Positions 54,928 through 64,000 of a DNA stretch of 64,000 bases are shown in pieces (the first letter of the stretch is position 1; every line of letters starts with the position of its first letter). A model generated the notes under the pieces. That model worked only from the letters and a program-made list of their open reading frames with translations, was not told the origin of the DNA and made no database searches. A program made the position numbers and the translations under genes. This DNA comes from Haplodiscus bocki (lineage: Eukaryota): NCBI GenBank assembly GCA_965655095.1, contig OZ296651.1, forward strand, positions 43,896,001 through 43,960,000, written 5' to 3'.

Positions 54928-56519
54928 GTTAGAAAGCAGAAGACGCCAATGTCCTAAGTCGGTGCCGCCCGTAAGGCTCAAAACATGCGTATGGGAGACT
55001 TGTCATGATCGTGTTTAATACAGGAAAATTTTGGTTATTCTGGGGAGCGATTTTCACGGAATTGCGGGCTTTTGACTTCTGTAAAAGTTTTCATTATGCA
55101 AAGAATAGGCATAGGAATTGGCCCTTGGAGGTTTATAATGACTGTCAACCTCGCACCGAAAGTTTTTGCTTCGACTTAGTAAAAAATTGTATAGTCTCAG
55201 TTCTACGGTTAAAACAAGCTCAAGTCGGCGCCGTACTTAAGGCTGGTAATACTCGTGGGGCTTTGGTTATTGAAAAGCTTTTTTGGAAAAAATGTCATAC
55301 CTTGATGTAACTTTATGAAGAAAGTGCGAAAAATTACTAAGGGTTCTTTTCTACGTTATATACTTCCTGAGAAACTTAGTTGCGAAAAATTGGAATATAT
55401 TCGAGCGTTTAGTAAAATCTTCAAAGCGTTGACTAAAAGTTCATGCGAGGCCTGACTAATAATTTCAAAATGTACGCAGTACATCAAATAATGAGTAATT
55501 TTTGAAATTTTCCCAAGGCATTCAAAACATGTCTTTTGTCATTTTCGGACTTTTAATTTTGAAAAATAAAGAGTGGCGGAACCTGCTTTCATTCAAATAT
55601 AACTGTCTGCATAATCCAAGTTTCTAAAGAGACCCAGGTGAAGAAATTTGAGTTATTCATTATTGACAAATAAGATTTTTTGTCGACAAAAAGTATATGG
55701 TCTTTCTCGAATGCGTTTGCATTTTTCGGAAAATATACCATGATACCTCCTTGCAGTTGCCTAAAATTTTACCGATTGCTCAAAAAACCACAGTCGTCTC
55801 AAGAGGGTTACGAATCGTAAGTAGTAAGGAAAACGGCCGGCCTTTCAACGGGGGGGGGGGGGGTCCTTGTTTCAAAACTGGAGGACCCTCCTTAGGCCGG
55901 CCGTTCACTTTTCTTAGGACCCCTACCTAAAACGACAGTCCGGTGAAATCCGGACTAGAATGCCGAGTGCCGCTCGGACTTCGGAAATCTTAACAGATGG
56001 TCTGCATCTCGTGATTGCAACTCGTCCGGTTGATTTAATTAGTCGGATCACATTCGTGTCGCGCGGCGCACATAAAAAGTTATTTCGAGAATGCGGTGGA
56101 CTCCAAAACAATGAGACCAAAAGAACTAGACGTGAACAGAGTGCAACAATTTTTCGATCGACTATCTAATGATAAAGCCGACGATTTTGATGTCTACAGA
56201 AATTGTTTTGAGCTTTTTTTACTTACCTGAGAAATACTACTCTGAACGTAACACTAGAACAACTCCAAAGCTTGTTGAAAGAAAAGCCAGGAACCAAATG
56301 TGGATTGTTTTACAAGCATAGTAAAGTTTACAGACTACTTGTGATTGTTTCTGACGCGCAAATTTCACTTGGAAATTTCTGTGACAAAGAAGACTTTCGA
56401 TACGAGAAACAAGTTTGAAAGATTTTGGTCAGCTTCAATTCGTCCCTTATGGAGTATTTTGAGATTGAAATTATCACCCCAAGCACACTGGTTTAATGAG
56501 TTGGAATGTTGAACAAAAA

Positions 56520-56790
56520 CGAAGACATTGTTATTGATTTTAAAAGTTTTACTTAACAACTGTATATTGAAAGAGCTGACTGTTGGTGGAAAAAGTTTTA
56601 AGACACTGTTTTTCAAAGCACCGAAAAAGCTGCTTGACTGTTCAATCACACAACGGCGCCCGATAAATTTGCTTACAAGAAGAATTCTTGGTATTGACTG
56701 GATTAGTGGTTTTTACGCTTACAGCGTGATTAACCAATTTTTTTTTGCCTTCGAATTCGTTTTCCCAAATTGAGTTTTTCGGCAGTCATG
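56520..56790 (+). pseudogene. Polinton accessory protein, DEDD/DnaQ-exonuclease-like remnant
   Basis: VIDF then (frameshift) ILKELTV...LFFKAP...LLTRRILGIDWISGFYAYS resembles the KELA..F.FKPP..WL...HGL.W..G...Y family seen in Mavericks. Confidence 0.5.
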
Positions 56791-57878
56791 TTAACTCCTT
56801 CTTTGAGCGTTTGTTGTTAGCAGCAGTAAACAATAGTCATATGGTCACTTTGACCGAAGACGAGTATATTGGAATTGGTTCTTCAGTGTTTTGAGAAGGG
56901 GTGTGATCCAGTTGTCTCTCTCAGTGTACTACCTACAAAAGTCTGCGTTTGGTGTTGTTGACGCCGGAATTTTGGATAAAATATGCCAGGAGAGTCAGAG
57001 ACCCGGCAGCAAAGTTTTCCATTATGAAAAAGGAAATACCACCCCTCAACTTTCCCAACAAGAGACCCCCACGTCCGATAGAAATTCATACAGGCTATTC
57101 TAATTTACCCAAAGAAGAGAAGCAGATTGTGAAAAGACGGCAAGTGGATAAGATTCGGTTCTTCCCTGCTTTCGGCAAGAGACCCTCAAGTTGCAAAATT
57201 GATGTAAATACTGAAGACGCCGAATGGAACTCTTTCATTATTTTACATGACACGAAGGAGTTTGTTTTACCTAGTAGTAGTAGTTTGTAGAATCAACTAA
57301 TATATGCATGATTTGTAGACTGATCATTTTTTAAACTATTGTACCGTTCTCTTCTTTCTTTTGGAACTATACTAGTTTACCGTTCTTTTCTTTCTTTTGA
57401 AACTCAAAGACAAGAATTTCTTGTTCAAGTGTACCTTTACTCTCTTGAACATTGCCCAGCCAGAAACACTGTCTAAAAAGACACACAGTGAAAGGCATCT
57501 CTTTTAGTGCTCAGAAAAAATGCCTGCTCTTCTGCAGTACATTTTTCAAAACGAATTCTGACTGCTTTTATAATGATTCTTTTCTAAGTGAAAATCTCTT
57601 CATGTTATTGTTTCGGATAATGTGTTCGGAGCCAGTTGAAGTACCAGATCTAATACCAATTCATGAATGGTTTATGATGAGAACAATGTAGAAAGATCCG
57701 CTTGGAAGTTTTTGCAAATCTACAAAATTACCAAGATCCGAATGTACTTTGCATCTTTACTTCTGAAAACATTTTGTTTGATGAAATTAAGTTCTTTCGA
57801 CGTTGCTTGTGATGACAAACCTTTTTGGACATCACTTCTATGGGGAACAGTTGGATATCTTTTGCCTGACCCAAAACC

Positions 57879-58517
57879 ATGAATAACATAATTTTACAAC
57901 AGAGAATTCTCTTGTCCGTAGGTAAACCTTCTGGATCGAGAAAAACAATACCATTTTTTTCATTGTTGACTTCCAAAACGTTTTATCCCTGGTTCGAAAA
58001 AAATTGTTTTTTTAATCGCGATTTTCAACTGCTCTTGAAAAAAGTTGAGAATAAGATGAATATTGTCAACTGTCTGGATTTGGAAATGATAAAAACGCTT
58101 CAAAATTGGCTGCTCATTTTTGACGATTCCTGCGAAGAAATTTATCAAGAGAAAGACTTTGAAAAAATTGCAGTTTCTGGTCGACACAGAGGGATCCACA
58201 GTATTTTTGTCAAACACAACTTGTTCCAGCAAAATCGATGGTCGCGTACAATTGACCTCAATACTACACGTATTTTTCTCTTCAATTCACCACGCGATAG
58301 TCAACAAATTGAAATTTCCGGAAAACAACTAAACAAAATCAACTTTTTGAAAGAGTGTTACACAAAGGCAGTAGCAGAGCCACATAGTCATTTACTCATT
58401 GACTTGGGCACAGTAACAAGTGATTGTTTGAAATTTTGTTTAAACCTTGTAGGTCCTGAACCAACCACATTTTATCTGCCATCTTCACAAGCAAAAATTA
58501 CAGAAATCAACAATTAG
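57879..58517 (+). CDS. Polinton FtsK/HerA-superfamily (A32-like) DNA packaging ATPase, Walker A eroded
   Basis: VGKPSGSRKT (Walker A, cf. GPSGSGKT), LLIFDD (Walker B), SGRH, HNLFQQ..SRTIDLN...FNSPRD, LLIDL. Confidence 0.88.
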   Translation: MNNIILQQRILLSVGKPSGSRKTIPFFSLLTSKTFYPWFEKNCFFNRDFQLLLKKVENKMNIVNCLDLEMIKTLQNWLLIFDDSCEEIYQEKDFEKIAVSGRHRGIHSIFVKHNLFQQNRWSRTIDLNTTRIFLFNSPRDSQQIEISGKQLNKINFLKECYTKAVAEPHSHLLIDLGTVTSDCLKFCLNLVGPEPTTFYLPSSQAKITEINN

Positions 58518-58543
58518 AGAGAAAATTTTGCGTAGTCTGTCTC

Positions 58544-58807
58544 TTGGAAAAACTCACTTCAGTTCAGCAACAAAAACTCTTGAAAAATGGTGACACGGAT
58601 TTTCTGATATTTTGCACTGAATTTGCACTCGATGTTATAAACGGTACTGCGGGAATCAATTTGAAAGAGCTACATCCTCATGAAAAGCAACTGAGACTGC
58701 TCTGTAGAAACTCAACGTCATTCAAGAAACATCGAGAAAATTTAATGTCATCAATAGGTCTTATGTTAATGAATTTGATAAATCATGCTTGTTTTTTTGG
58801 TATTTGA
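58544..58807 (+). pseudogene. Small conserved Polinton/adintovirus virion-module protein
   Basis: LLK....LIFCTEFALDVING...L..HEKQLR.L....SFKKHR..L resembles the small helical ORF that follows the ATPase in Mavericks. Confidence 0.5.
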
Positions 58808-59469
58808 CAGATTGATTTTTGTTATGGATACACCTGAAGTTAATCTCAAGTTTTCTTACAATCAATTTTTGTTTCGAATACTCAGGAATTTTTTCTTGTA
58901 CCAAGGAGTTGCTATTCACAACAAAACAATTCAACATTACAAGCTTTGACAAACCCAGACGTTGAACAATAAACGAAATCTCTGACTTTTTCCCAAAGAA
59001 ATAAAACGTTCACCAAAACCTAACCAGTGGACAAAAGGAAGAAAATCACAAACGGAAACGTTTTGAAGACTCTTGATTTGCTGAGAGCGGCCCAGAGACA
59101 AAAAACAAGAAATTTTGAGCAAAATTGAAGCTTCTGACGTTATTGATTTTAATGAGGCTTGTTAATTAACTGTGAACACGAATTCGACGAAAATTTCACT
59201 TTAACATTACAACATACAGCAACCAAACTAAAATTTGAAAAATCCCGTGTGTTCCATTGTCTTGAAAGAATTACAGTCAAAACCCCGATTTGGTCCCAAA
59301 TAAAAACGTGCGAAAAATTCCGAATTGTACGCTCGAAACAACTGGGAAAAAATAGACCACTCTCCAAAATTTTGACATGCCACGGACGAAAAATTTGAAG
59401 AAACTTTTAAAGGCTGAGCTTCTGGATCGAAAACGTGGACAAGTCTCTGGAACGGAGCAAAAGTTTTGT

Positions 59470-60320
59470 AGAAACCGTATACACAAGGTCCCCCCGCGGA
59501 TGGAAGTATTCAAAACTTACTAAATGCAAGTAAACTGTCAAATTTCAAAAAATAATTTTTTTGGTTGGAACAGACGCTCACGTAAAGTCCCGCACTCCGA
59601 GAAAAAAGTTCCTTGGTTGAAAGTTCAAGCCTACAGGATAAACGAAATTTGGTCGATTGATGTTGCTTACATGGACAAAACTGCCAAATACAACAATGGT
59701 TTAAAGTATTTACTAGTTGCCGTAAATGTTTTTAGATTTTTGAGTTGAACCCATGAAAACCAAAACTGCGACAGATAATACTCTTACTTTCACGAGAATG
59801 ATAACAAAACTTTTTCCTGAGAATGTATGGTCAGACAAAGGAACAAAGCTTAAGGGAGGGTTCAAACACTTTTGTGATTCCAACAAAAATGTGGAGCTGT
59901 ACAGTACACACAGTGAAACAAAGTCTGCTTTTGCCGAGTGAAATATTCGATCACTCAAAATTGTCAATTTTGAACATTCGGAAAATAAATGGTCCTTTCA
60001 CTATATCAATAAGCTTGATGACTTTCTAGATTTTTTTTATTTCATGAGTCAATCGAGTGGCTGGTTTAGCTCCAGAAAAGGTTACGACAAATCATGGATC
60101 TCAGTTGTTTTCACTGGTCTCTAATCAGTCCACTAAACACCTATAAAAGCCAAATTCAAGCCGGCAGACTTTATGAGAGTGTGAAAACAAAATTTACTTT
60201 GGAAAAAAGTTAAGCAAAACTTTACCGACGAAATCTTTGAAATTGAAAAAATTACCACTCTGAATCCTCCTACGTACACTGAGAGATTCCAAGAGAGCAA
60301 AAATTCTGGGTATTTTTCAT
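59470..60320 (+). pseudogene. Polinton retroviral-like (rve) integrase, frameshifted
   Basis: YTQGPPADGSIQNL, INEIWSIDVAYMDK..KYNNGLKYLLVAVNVF, VWSDKGT, KSAFAE*NIRSLK, KFKPADFMRV, FTDEIFEIEKI...PPTY. Confidence 0.9.
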
Positions 60321-60327
60321 CAACCTT

Positions 60328-61209
60328 TTTGAAGTGCACTTGCTGTCTACAGCATCAATAAATACTTATGCTGACAATACACTAGCGTCATTCAGGAATC
60401 AACTCCCCTAAAAAGTATCTTTACAAGGTGACTGGCGTAACACACTCTCCGAAATTATTTTTCCTTTGGAGATAAACCTATTTTACACAGACTTTTTCTA
60501 TCACGCTTACAACATTAACGGCAAAGAAAAACAACGAAAACGATGATGATGAGGAGAAAAAACAATGGAGAGCAAGAAAACGTGGATAAAAAAAGTGTTG
60601 AAAAAGAGAAGGAGACTAAAGGGGTTTTAATGTTTTATCAAAAAAAATGAAACCGGGGCAGTACAGAAAAATTTGTAACGTACTCTTCGCACTTTATTCG
60701 AAACCTTCGTGTACTGTGCTACAGGAGCATCTCGAATCCTTGAAGAAGGAAGAGTCGAACTTGAATTCAATGCAAACGCTGGTTTCACATTTCCCAACAG
60801 AAACATCCCCAATATTCTCGTTTTTCGAGGAAGAGAGACACCTTTTGGCATCCACATAGGAAATGAAGATTTCGGAGAAGATAGAGTCCTTGGTGACTTT
60901 CCAAATAATCTCATCTCGGGCATCACCCTAGTTTTTGTGTACAATGATTTGGTTGAATACCAAAACACTGATGATGTAAAAGCACCAATTCTGGGAATCA
61001 TTGATTGTGGGAAATGCGTAGAGAACAGTGTGGTTGTGACAACACTAGGTTCGGAGCGAAGATCTTCTTTCGTTCTGAAATACCAGAAACTGTTTGTACA
61101 AAACATACAAACAATCAGCATCCAACTTAAATGTGAGACTGGTAATCTTGTTCCTTTCTTTGGCACAGGAGAAGTTGTTTTGACGTTGAAATTCAGAGAA
61201 TTTGCATAA
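60328..61209 (+). pseudogene. Polinton minor capsid (penton, single jelly-roll) protein, disrupted
   Basis: N-terminus FEVHLLSTAS..YADNTLASFRNQLP*..LQGDW...LSEIIFP. C-terminus FVYNDLVEYQ..DVKAPILGII...YQKL..NIQTISIQLKCETG.LVPF.GTG.V.LTLKFR. Confidence 0.85.
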
Positions 61210-61462
61210 TGAATGTTTATTGCGCCAAACATGTTTATTTACCCCATTTTTCTAGCTATAACAGACAACGAGGCAGTGGAATTGGTGCTTTAGCAGAAGA
61301 AATTGGTCGAGTTGCTTGACTTTTTGGCAAAAAGATTCTTTTACCCGCCGCAAGACAACATTGGGAAGGTATTGCTTGCACAAACTGTCACTGAAGTTTT
61401 GAAAGTAATCACAAAAAGAGAATCACCCCGGAAAGCAGCCAAAGAGGTAATATCAAAAACAA

Positions 61463-62910
61463 CACGACGGCCGGCTAGCACCGCCATATTTCTCGCCAAA
61501 TTACAGATTTTTTGTTCAACTTATGCAAACGGTTAAAAACAAAACTATTGTTTCGAATTTAGTTTTCAAATAGTTTCTAACAAACATCATTTCCACCACT
61601 GATTTCTGTACTTTTTGCAAAAGGGTATCACTACTTTCGGTTGAAAAATTTTTGTCTCAGAGTGCCGAAAAGGTTCGTGGATGATCCCTGCTTTGTTTCA
61701 GCAGATTTCTGGTATCGAAATTTTTTATCGGTAAGGGGAGGGGGAGAGGGAGTATGACGATTTGCTTTCAAAATATATTTTGTCTCGCAGTACCGAAAAA
61801 CTTCGTAGTGGAAGCCTTCTGTGCTGTGTTTCAGAAAATTTCCGGCAGCGAGAAAGTTTATGAATAAGAGTGGAAGAGAATATCAAGATTTTCCGCCGGA
61901 AAATTTCTCTCTCACAGTACCGAATCATTTGTTAAACTAACCCTTCTGTGTTTCAGAATATTTCGGGTATCGAAAAGTTTTACGCTTAAAAGGGGAATAT
62001 AACGATTTTCTATAGAAAATTTGTTGTCTAACAGTACCGAAAACTTTCGTACGGGAACTCTTCTTTGCTGTGTTTCAGAAAATTTCTGTTAGCGAAAAAG
62101 GTTATGGATAAGGGGGGGGGGGGCGGAGAGTTTCAAGATTTTCTGTCGAAAATTTTTTGTCTCACAGTACCGAAAAACTTCGTAGGGGAACCCTTCTGTG
62201 CTTCACAAAGTTTCTGGTATCGAAAAAATTTTTTGATACGAGAGGGGGGAGGGTAGGGAGGAAGTATCGCGATTTTCGATGAAAAACGTTTGTCTCACTG
62301 TGCCGAAAAATTCGTACAGGAACCCTTCTGTGTTTCAGAAAATTTCTGGTATTGAAAAATGTTAGTCATAAGATAGGGGGCGGATATCACGATTTCCTGT
62401 CGAAGTTGTTTTGTCTCAGAGTACCGAATCAATTCGTAGAGGAACCGTTTCGTGTTTCAGAAAGTTGCGAGAATCGAAAAATTTTATGACTAAGAGGGGA
62501 ATATCACGTTTTTCGACAAAAAAATTTGTTGTCTCACTGTATCGAAAAACTTCGCAGGGAGACCCTTCTGTGTTTCACAAAATTCCTGGTAGCGAAAAAG
62601 TTTATGGATAAGGGCGAGGGGGGAGTGAGGAAGTATCAAAATTTCCCATGGAATATTGTTTGTCTCTTAAGTGCCGAAATTTTCGTAAAGGAACCATTTA
62701 GTGTTTCTTTCGAGTATCGAAAAATGTTAGGGATAAATCTTGTAAATATTCGGCTCGACAGAGACTCGATCCCCGAACCTACTGCTTGAGAACCTTGTTG
62801 TCCTAACCCTACTGCTGTCATTACTTTTTGAATAAAAAAATTTTTCGTCTGAAAAAAAAGACGACCCTACTGAAAGAATAATTTTTCTTGCATATTACAT
62901 ATGCGGCGTG
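61463..62910 (-). mobile_element. Non-autonomous element carrying a ~125-bp tandem array and a tRNA-like segment
   Basis: Ends CACGACG...CGGCGTG, flanked by aaacaa/aaataa. Excision restores the interrupted viral reading frame. Nine tgtctc.cagtaccgaaaaacttcgtagg units lie at ~61650-62740. Confidence 0.75.
62752..62822 (-). pseudogene. tRNA-Glu(CTC)-like degenerate sequence (SINE-type head)
   Basis: The minus strand reads cagcagtagggttaggacaacaaggttctcaagcagtaggttcggggatcgagtctctgtcgagcc. This resembles the tRNA-Glu TAGTGGTTAGGA...CTCTCAC...GGGTTCGATTCC pattern, but the stems are broken. Confidence 0.5.
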
Positions 62911-63049
62911 AAATAATAAAGAGACAGATTGGTGGAAGAGGCAACCAGCCTCGAATATCCGAAATTAGAAAAACCACTACCAAATCAAAAGGCAAGCAGA
63001 GAAGTCGGTCGGATTTCTGTTCAAAAGTCAGAACTGTTGCCTAACGTTT

Positions 63050-64000
63050 AACCTCTGGAAGCATCACACAGCTGTTTGGACGTTTTTGAACGGTCACCAG
63101 TTTTGATTACTTTTGATTCTTCTTCTCAAAAAATTGGTCCACTTCATTCACCCAATGGGCCGATGCTTAAATTTGAAGTTGTTGGCAATAGAAACAACTT
63201 TTTAGACTTGCAAAAAAATTTTGGAGATAAAATGCAAAATATCACCATGCGATGGCTCAGATTTTTGATATGACGCACTTAATGCCGCCCAATGTGATGC
63301 TCCTGTCTTTCTTAACAACACTCTTCACTCGCTTTTTTCTAAGTGTACATTTACTGCCAATGGAATGAAAGTTTCAAGCCCAAACGGTGTTTACGCTCAT
63401 AAGGCTTTCATTGAAACCCAATATTCCAATGGAAAAGAGGCCAAGGATACGTGGCTAAGTTGTCAAGGATGTACTTACGAAGCAGACCCTGGAAACCATA
63501 CCAGTGTCGTCTTTAGAAGCAGAGACTAGAGAGTCCCGAGAGGTTACACTTTTTGGTAAAGGTGCAGCAGACATCTGCGACAAACACCTGCTCAGTGGTG
63601 TGACACTGCGTTTTGCTTTTGTTAGATCCAAGCGTCAGTTTGTTTTGATTTTTGACGGCGCTGCCAAAAACTACAAAAACATACTATCCCAAGCTAACCT
63701 CTACCTTCGTGAAATGACTGTGTCTGATCAAGTTTTTACTGCAATATAAGACATTGACAAAAACAACTGCTCTTTATCGCTACACTGAAGTTTTGCCAAA
63801 GACGTATCTAATTCCTCAAGGAAGTCGAAGCTGAAGCAAAGAGGATGCCATCAGCAAGAAGCCAATCAGACGTTTTGCTCTGGCTCTGATTCGGGCCTTT
63901 CTTTGCTTCAAATTAACAAATGCATTCCCTTATCAAAAACATGGCTTGAACGAGGTTTTAGTTTACCGCAATGGATAACTCATTGCAGGCACTCCTCTTT
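63050..64000 (+). pseudogene. Polinton major capsid (hexon-like double jelly-roll) protein, frameshifted and truncated by the window end
   Basis: HSCLDVFE...GPMLKFEV.G..NFLDL, FLNNTLHSLFS.C...NG..VS...VYAHKAFIET, LLSGVTLRFAFVRS..FVL, ANLYLREMTVS. Confidence 0.88.

Larger units (their letters stand above)
61209..63044 (+). pseudogene. Polinton core/structural precursor-like protein, split by an insertion (61463-62910)
   Basis: MNVY...LPHFSSYNRQRGSGIGALA..IGRVA. After removing the insertion: KEVISKT-IKRQIGGRG...KQRSRSDFCSKVRTVA*. Confidence 0.7.
55820..64000 (+). mobile_element. Decayed Maverick/Polinton (adintovirus-like) endogenous viral element, continues past the window
   Basis: Co-oriented packaging ATPase, rve integrase, minor capsid, core-like protein and major capsid remnants, with a candidate AGTAGT terminus at 55820. 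pPolB and the protease are not seen in the window. Confidence 0.9.

Noticed and set aside
54928-55310. ORF extension (LESRRRQCPKSV...) and the following 101-aa ORF
   Set aside because: They lie after the gttaga donor and consist of an interspersed repeat that also occurs at ~7650.

Overview
AT-rich, repeat-dominated eukaryotic (probably invertebrate animal) genomic DNA; nothing looks prokaryotic. About 1-35 kb is a stack of heavily decayed retroelements (Gypsy-type LTR remnants and two CR1/L2-type LINEs, mostly on the minus strand) mixed with a MITE-like element and tandem repeats. A near full-length but frameshifted CR1/L2-type LINE lies at about 37.6-41.7 kb, followed by about 5 kb of degenerate satellite-like DNA. 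The only convincing host gene is a spliced plus-strand gene with three phase-compatible exons (48287-48519, 48871-50549, 54472-54927). It encodes ankyrin repeats fused to a GH20 hexosaminidase-like region that appears to lack the catalytic motif, and it is open at both ends. From 55820 to the window end lies a decayed Maverick/Polinton (adintovirus-like) endogenous virus, probably inside an intron of that gene. It has a candidate AGTAGT terminus with hairpins, a packaging ATPase, an rve integrase, a minor capsid, a core-like protein and a major capsid. Its core-like gene is split by a 1.45-kb element carrying a tRNA-Glu-like head and a satellite array with 4-mer higher-order structure. The intact LINE shows ORF2 in frame directly behind a TGA-CTA stop, a possible readthrough junction. 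All protein assignments are by-eye motif recognition without database searches; boundaries of decayed elements are approximate.
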